Shown piece by piece: positions 58,619 to 64,000 of a DNA stretch of 64,000 nucleotides. Position 1 is the stretch's first letter. The number at the start of each line of letters is the position of its first letter. A model generated the notes under the pieces. The model was given only the letters and a program-made list of their open reading frames with translations, ran no database searches and was not told where the DNA came from. Location: the NCBI GenBank assembly GCA_020536535.1, contig JAHLWZ010000761.1, positions 1-64,000 of the forward strand. Direction: 5' to 3'. This stretch comes from Pelomyxa schiedti (Eukaryota > Protista > Evosea). The translations under genes and the position numbers were made by a program.

Positions 58619-61008
58619 ATGCAAATTGATCCCGGCCGGTGGCTCGAGAGTCTCAAGACCACAATTGGGACCACGAATATTGTGCGTGTCCCATGTTGAT
58701 GTGTCAAACGGAAACAAATTAAAACTCCCAACCCATGTTGAGGTGTCACAAATTGGAGTGTGGCATCTTATTCACATTTTTTATTTATACAGGCGAGTGT
58801 GAGCGCCAAAGCCATCGGAGATCTGACCGAGAAGACCAAAGAACTTGGTTTGCAGGGTTTGGCTGCTACAAGGCAGGGTATAAACAGCTTGCAGGGCCTG
58901 GCTGAAAACGTGCGTGTGCAGAACCCAGTTTTACCCACCGTGGTGTACCAGCTCCAGGTACCCGAGATTTTTCCCTAATTTCTTCGCCTACCAACTTATA
59001 GGATGGAAGAAGGCTGAGAGTCAAAAAAGTCCTCTCCACAGGTAGACCATCCTTCTCTTTGGTCAAAGTAAATTACAATAAATGGACTGGGGCTTTTTTT
59101 TTGACTCTTTGCAAGCGGGACGATATGGAGAAATCTATTTGACTGAGGATGTTGATGCTCCCCAACGATTGAGTGTAGTGAAGGTCATGGCGCTACACTC
59201 CGGGAATATACAAGCTGTAAAAAATGAAATGGCTATGATGGTACTTCCGTATTTACTTTGTGCCGTCTCTTATCACCTTTAAGAAACTAGCTTCTGGTCA
59301 CAAAAATGTTATTGCATTCGAGGGATATTGCAATTCAGCTCACAGTGAGGCTGTCTTAGCCATTGAATATTGTTCTGGTTTGTTTTCTCTCTTTCAGACC
59401 ATTACTCATAGCGCACATAGGAGGCTCGCTACTGGATTACCTCAATGAAAGACTTCATAACCCCCCCAGAGCCTCGGAAGTGATGCAAATTTTCCTCAAT
59501 ATGTGTGAGGGTCTTGCACACATTCACTCCAAAGGGATAATCCACCGAGGTTTTGGCTTTTTATTCTTAGTTTAAAGCTCATCCTGCCTCAGACATAAAA
59601 ATTGAGAATCTTCTTTTGCACTCCAGTGGGAATTGGAAAATAGGAGACTTTGGCAGTGCCACACAACAAATTATGCTAGCTACAACCGAGTCGCAGGTAA
59701 ATTTGGTCTAACAACCAAACCTACCTGTAACATTGATAAGAGGGGAGTTTTTTCCGCAGATATTGATGCAAACACAACCATGGCATACAGGGCACCTGAA
59801 ATGGTTGACTTGTACCGTAATCAGGCTATTTCCTCAAAAGCGGACGTTTGGGTACCTTCAATTTAGAAAGGATTTCTCTTACCCTAGAAGGCGGTTGGCT
59901 GCGCACTCTATAAAATGCTTTTCCTTGTCGATGCATTTGATCAGGGAAAACTCCAAATATTGAATTGCAAATACTCATTCCCCAAATTCCACAACCACCC
60001 TCAACCCATAGTTGACCTAATACGTGAGTTTTCTGCAAATTGGCCTTCATTAACAAATATAGCGTTCATCCTTAATCCCGATCCCGACCGTAGGCCCTCG
60101 ATCAATGATGTTATACAACGCGTCGCATCAGTGCTCTCCATCCCTTGTCCTGTTTTGGTGTGTACTTGTGATTGGGTTATGGGAAGTGAGAGGCTACGTG
60201 AAGCAAGAACACTCACAAAGTAACAGAGTGCTCAAAATACCCAAACACCTCAAGTTCACAGTGAGGAACCCGTAATTGTAACAACTGGAGGGACAACTAC
60301 AGTAAAAAACAACCAACCTACAGCCAGTGTGCTGGATTCCTTGTGGATTGACGATGGCAACGACAGGTCTTCCAACACCACGCCAAGTCCACCAAATGAA
60401 CCCGTGCATCACTCCCCACCGCCACAACCACGAGTACAACAAACTCAACCTCAGCAAGGATGGGCCAGCTTCGAAGCTTTCAGCAACACCTCTCCTTCCC
60501 CCAGTACCGAACTCCAGAGTGCATCACCAAAACCAAAAGACATGCTCGTGTGGGATGATGATTTCGGGAAATCCCCAAGTACCAGCCCCGCAAACGTTCC
60601 CACAGGCAACTCTTTACAACGAGCCAAGTCTCCCCTTGGTATCCACTATCTCTTACATCTTTTCATTACCTGACCATTTTCCTAGCCTCAGCTGAAAACA
60701 CCCCAAAGACGTCGACGAGCTCCGACTTTTGGTCTATGGAGAAGAGTACCTCCGGAAGTTCCTCGCCACAGGTGTCCACCCCAACTCCACCCCTCTCACG
60801 GTCCCCCATCCTGCCGCCGCCCTCCGCGTCCCCCAAGCCCTCTCCATCCCCAACCCCTGCCTCAACTACACCCTCTAATGCTGCTACCTCTACCCCTCCA
60901 GCATCTGAAAGCGTTTTTGACTTGCTTGGCCTCAACAAGCCCGCTCCATCGCCCTCATCTCTGTTGCCAACCAACCAACCCAAACGGGACCTCCTTGATT
61001 GGGACTGA
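58619..61008 (+). CDS. NAK-family Ser/Thr kinase (AAK1/BMP2K/Ark-Prk-like) with endocytic motif tail; multi-exon
   Basis: VKKVLST|AGRYGEIY, VVK, IIHR|DIKIENLLL, KIGDFGSAT, NTTMAYRAPEMVDLY...SSKADVW|A, PDPDRRP. Confidence 0.9.
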
Positions 61009-61109
61009 TTCAACTCCCCCTTTCACAGTGTCACTTCGATCATCACCCAGTGTAATAAACACCAAAAGGTTTTCCATCCAAACCGTAACAACGAATTTCT
61101 CAACCGCAC

Positions 61110-62803
61110 ATGGTCAACACCGCCACTCGGATAAATTACCGCTTTTATTGTGCTTGTGCGGTAGCCACAGCAGTCCTTCTTGGTGTCATTCTCGACACTA
61201 TGTTGCTACACCGAAACAAACACCTTCAAAATGAAGCACAGACTCAGGGGCAGCACAAAGAAAACACCAGGGTATTGAAGAACGCGGCTGAGTTGGAAAC
61301 ATTTATCAATGAGGGAGACTGCGAGGCGGCTTACAATGATGGGAGTCGCTATGCTGTGGTGATGTTTTGTCCAACTTTGGGAAAGGACTCTATCAGGGAT
61401 TCCTTCTGGAAAACTGCACGAGTAAGGCAAAGTGTCAATATTTAAAGGGAGATATTGGATTGGAGCAAATATCATTTTTGTGACAGGGAATGTAGGCATG
61501 GAATCAAGTACAAATTAGATTTGCTGTTTACGATATTTCTCGCAGCCGAATGTCTGTCTCCAAATATGCTTTGACACAAAGTTACACTGTGAAGGTGTTT
61601 AAGTACGGTCTTATGCTTTGATGGGAACAAAGGTTTCAATATCAACCAATAACCAACTAGGTGTGGCTTGCTTTTATACGATATCCCTTTCTCTACTCCC
61701 GCATACCTCTCTCATTTCTTATCCATGTAAGGCCTTTCTCCCTTCCTGCATAATACTGCAAGCCGATTCCTGATTGCCTTGGCATTACAGGGTTGTGTTT
61801 GTTGTACCAGCAAGACTTAGCAAATTGGCGGATTTGGAAACCTTACAAGAGTTGTTTGGCTCTGTTATAGTGGCTGTCGTGCCCCAAGAAGACAAAGAAT
61901 GTGTGTCCTTATTCTAAAACTGGAATTCTTACCCACTTGGAATTTCCAAGTTGCTTTACAGTTCAATGAAACAGCCCGGAAGGTTCATACTACTACTCCA
62001 GATGTTGGATTTGCGTATATCGAAGCCCTCGCACCAACGCCCGCCCTTGCACACTTGTTGTCATTGAATATATCCTCAGTTACAGTACTTCCTGGAAGCA
62101 AGGATGTCCCAAGGATATCACTTAATGTTCTCCAGCATAGACCTTCCGTGCAATTACTCTGTAATTGGATTGGAGTCTATTCCATCTCTTTTTTTGTATG
62201 TTGTGCTTCTTTGTGGCTTGTTTTAACAATACACACAAAAACGCCAGAAATTCATTTTTACATGTTGCTATTTAAATCTACAAACAGGATCAAATAACTT
62301 CTGGCAATTACTTGCACTACAGTCCAACCTTGCAACCAATCGGAATTCTATACCTGAATTTGGCTGCAGCCTCCAACATCACTGAAGGAGCCTTTGATGC
62401 CGTCGCGAACTTTGCACTGTCAATCCGAGAGAATACTCCCTTCTGCCCAGTTATATTTGGCTGGGTGGATTCCAGCCGGTTTGTAATTTTCTCCCTCCCT
62501 CCATTCCCATTCAATCCTAATTCCCTCCCAAATAAAGCACCACAGGGTTCAGCCATTACCTTTTGAGGACTGGGTCGCAGGAGCATCTCCCACTCGCGGT
62601 GTTTGTTCTGGATGATGGGATAACTTGTCACAGTACGGTCGAATTTTCTGAAGAAGAATTGGGAGCCCTTTTCGGCCCCTATTGCAACTAAGTCCTTTAT
62701 TGCAAAAATAAAAAAAATTTTGTTGTTACAACTCTTTTGTATTGAATTCTGTTGTCTCTTTCATTATTGGGTGTATGGTGGTTTTGGGAGTCGGAAAGAA
62801 TAA
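61110..62803 (+). CDS. Type II membrane protein of unknown function, possibly with inactive thioredoxin-like folds; 3' end uncertain
   Basis: N-terminal TM (YCACAVATAVLLGVILDTML), then several spliceable exons (YAVVMFCP, IRFAVYDIS, VGFAYIE, VIFGWVDS) with a beta-alpha pattern; no CxxC seen. Confidence 0.5.
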
Positions 62804-63183
62804 TGGGACAGGTCAAATGTTCCCTTTGGCTAACGTCGTCGATCCGGAACAGGGGCTGATCAGATCAAGTTCCCAGCGGTTCTTCCGCAAATAATCCACC
62901 TTAGTGTCTCTCTTGGAGTGTCATTCCTCCCCCAGGCTATGTCGCAGTGCAACAATTGCTCGTAAGAGAGGTACCCACTGAGACTGAGGTGGGTTCGCAA
63001 TTTTGGCTAAATCTATGCGAGCAATGTGGTAATTCTCCGGGCCATTTCTATCTGGGACACGTGTCAACCAAAAATAGTTCCTGTTCGGCTTTTAAAACGC
63101 CTCTTTCAGATTCGAATCTTATCATTCAATCAAGAAAATCAGAGGAAAAGAACAACATAAAAACCCGGGAGACGACCACAAGG

Positions 63184-64000
63184 ATGAAGATCTGGGTGCT
63201 TATCGCGTTGTTGGCCTCCGTTGTCGTAGTACACGGGGCTGTTGAGGGTGAGAAAATAACCGGCCCAGTTATTGGTATTGACTTGGGAACCACGTTCAGT
63301 GTCGTTGGTTACTACAAGGTACAGCGTTGCTTTTTTTTTTTTCTTTATTCGCCACGTTTTTTTGCAACTCTTCTTACATTGTTTTCTGTTTAGCACGGAA
63401 AGGGTGTTGAAATCATAGCGAACGACCAAGGAAACCGAATTACACCATCTGTTGTTTCATTTTCTAATGACGAGATGTATGTGGCTGAAAACTGGGTTTA
63501 CCTCCCTTACATTGATTTAGTCTGGTTGGAGAGGCCGCGAAGGCGCAGTTGGTGTTGAACCCTGAACAAACAGTCTTCGAAATCAAGCGTCTGATTGGTC
63601 GCGAGTGTGTAGCGCTTTTAACCTGGCTTCTTTAACTTAAACTTTAAACTAGGTGGAGCGATAAGGAAGTCCAAAGAGACCTTAAGTTGTTCCCCTACAA
63701 GATTATCAACCGTGACGAGAAGCCCTTCATCCAAGTCAAGTACAAGGGAGAGAACAAGGTGTACTCACCCGAGGAGATCTCTTCCATGATCTTGACAAAA
63801 ATGAGGGATACTGCAGCAACATACCTCGGCAAGAAGATCGACAACGCCGTAATTACTTGCCCTGCCTACTTCACTGATTCCCAGAGACAAGCAACTAAAG
63901 ATGCTGGCAGAATCTCTGGCATGAATGTTCTCAGAGTTCTCAACGAGCCTACCGCTGCAGGTTTCACTAACATAACGTTTCTATCCGTTCTAACTCTTAC
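63184..64000 (+). CDS. HSPA5: ER Hsp70 chaperone BiP/GRP78, 5' part (runs off window)
   Basis: Signal peptide [18 protein letters not shown], then [56 protein letters not shown]. Confidence 0.95.

Noticed and set aside
62820-62875. U2 snRNA-like fragments (CTTTGGCTAA ... GATCAAG)
   Set aside because: The pieces are non-contiguous, and the branch-pairing GTAGTA and Sm site are absent.

Overview
Gene-dense, intron-rich eukaryotic genomic DNA. Most introns are ~35-55 nt, and intergenic gaps are often under 150 bp. A CudA-like gene, an LBP/BPI gene and a glycine cleavage H protein with an organellar presequence point to an amoebozoan, possibly an archamoeba such as Pelomyxa; this is inference and was not verified. 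I assembled about 24 protein-coding genes by hand from the ORF track plus splice sites. In order: M14 carboxypeptidase, RhoGAP, MFSD6-like transporter, C2 + class-V aminotransferase-like fusion, LBP/BPI, M28 aminopeptidase, UBL-F-box-WD40, GCSH, CudA-like transcription factor, RING protein, RasGAP, F-box/LRR, coiled-coil-WD40-Sec7-PH giant, F-box-RCC1, Mis18, SRRM1, LpxH-like phosphoesterase, a ~2,800-aa Lys/Ser/Val repeat protein (3 assembly gaps), copine/RGLG-type vWA protein, PP2C, triple-YjbQ protein, sirtuin, NAK kinase, an unknown type II membrane protein and the 5' part of BiP. I found no rRNA, tRNA or CRISPR array. The strongest oddities are: (1) a histone H3 N-tail mimic (PRTQQTARKS) plus acidic tract spliced to a copine-type vWA domain; (2) a Ca2+-type C2 domain fused to a PLP-enzyme fold lacking the Schiff-base lysine; (3) a Sec7 domain lacking the glutamate finger; (4) a single-chain triple YjbQ; (5) the giant repeat protein; (6) MITE-like inverted repeats at the window start. 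Exon boundaries are manual and need RNA-seq confirmation.
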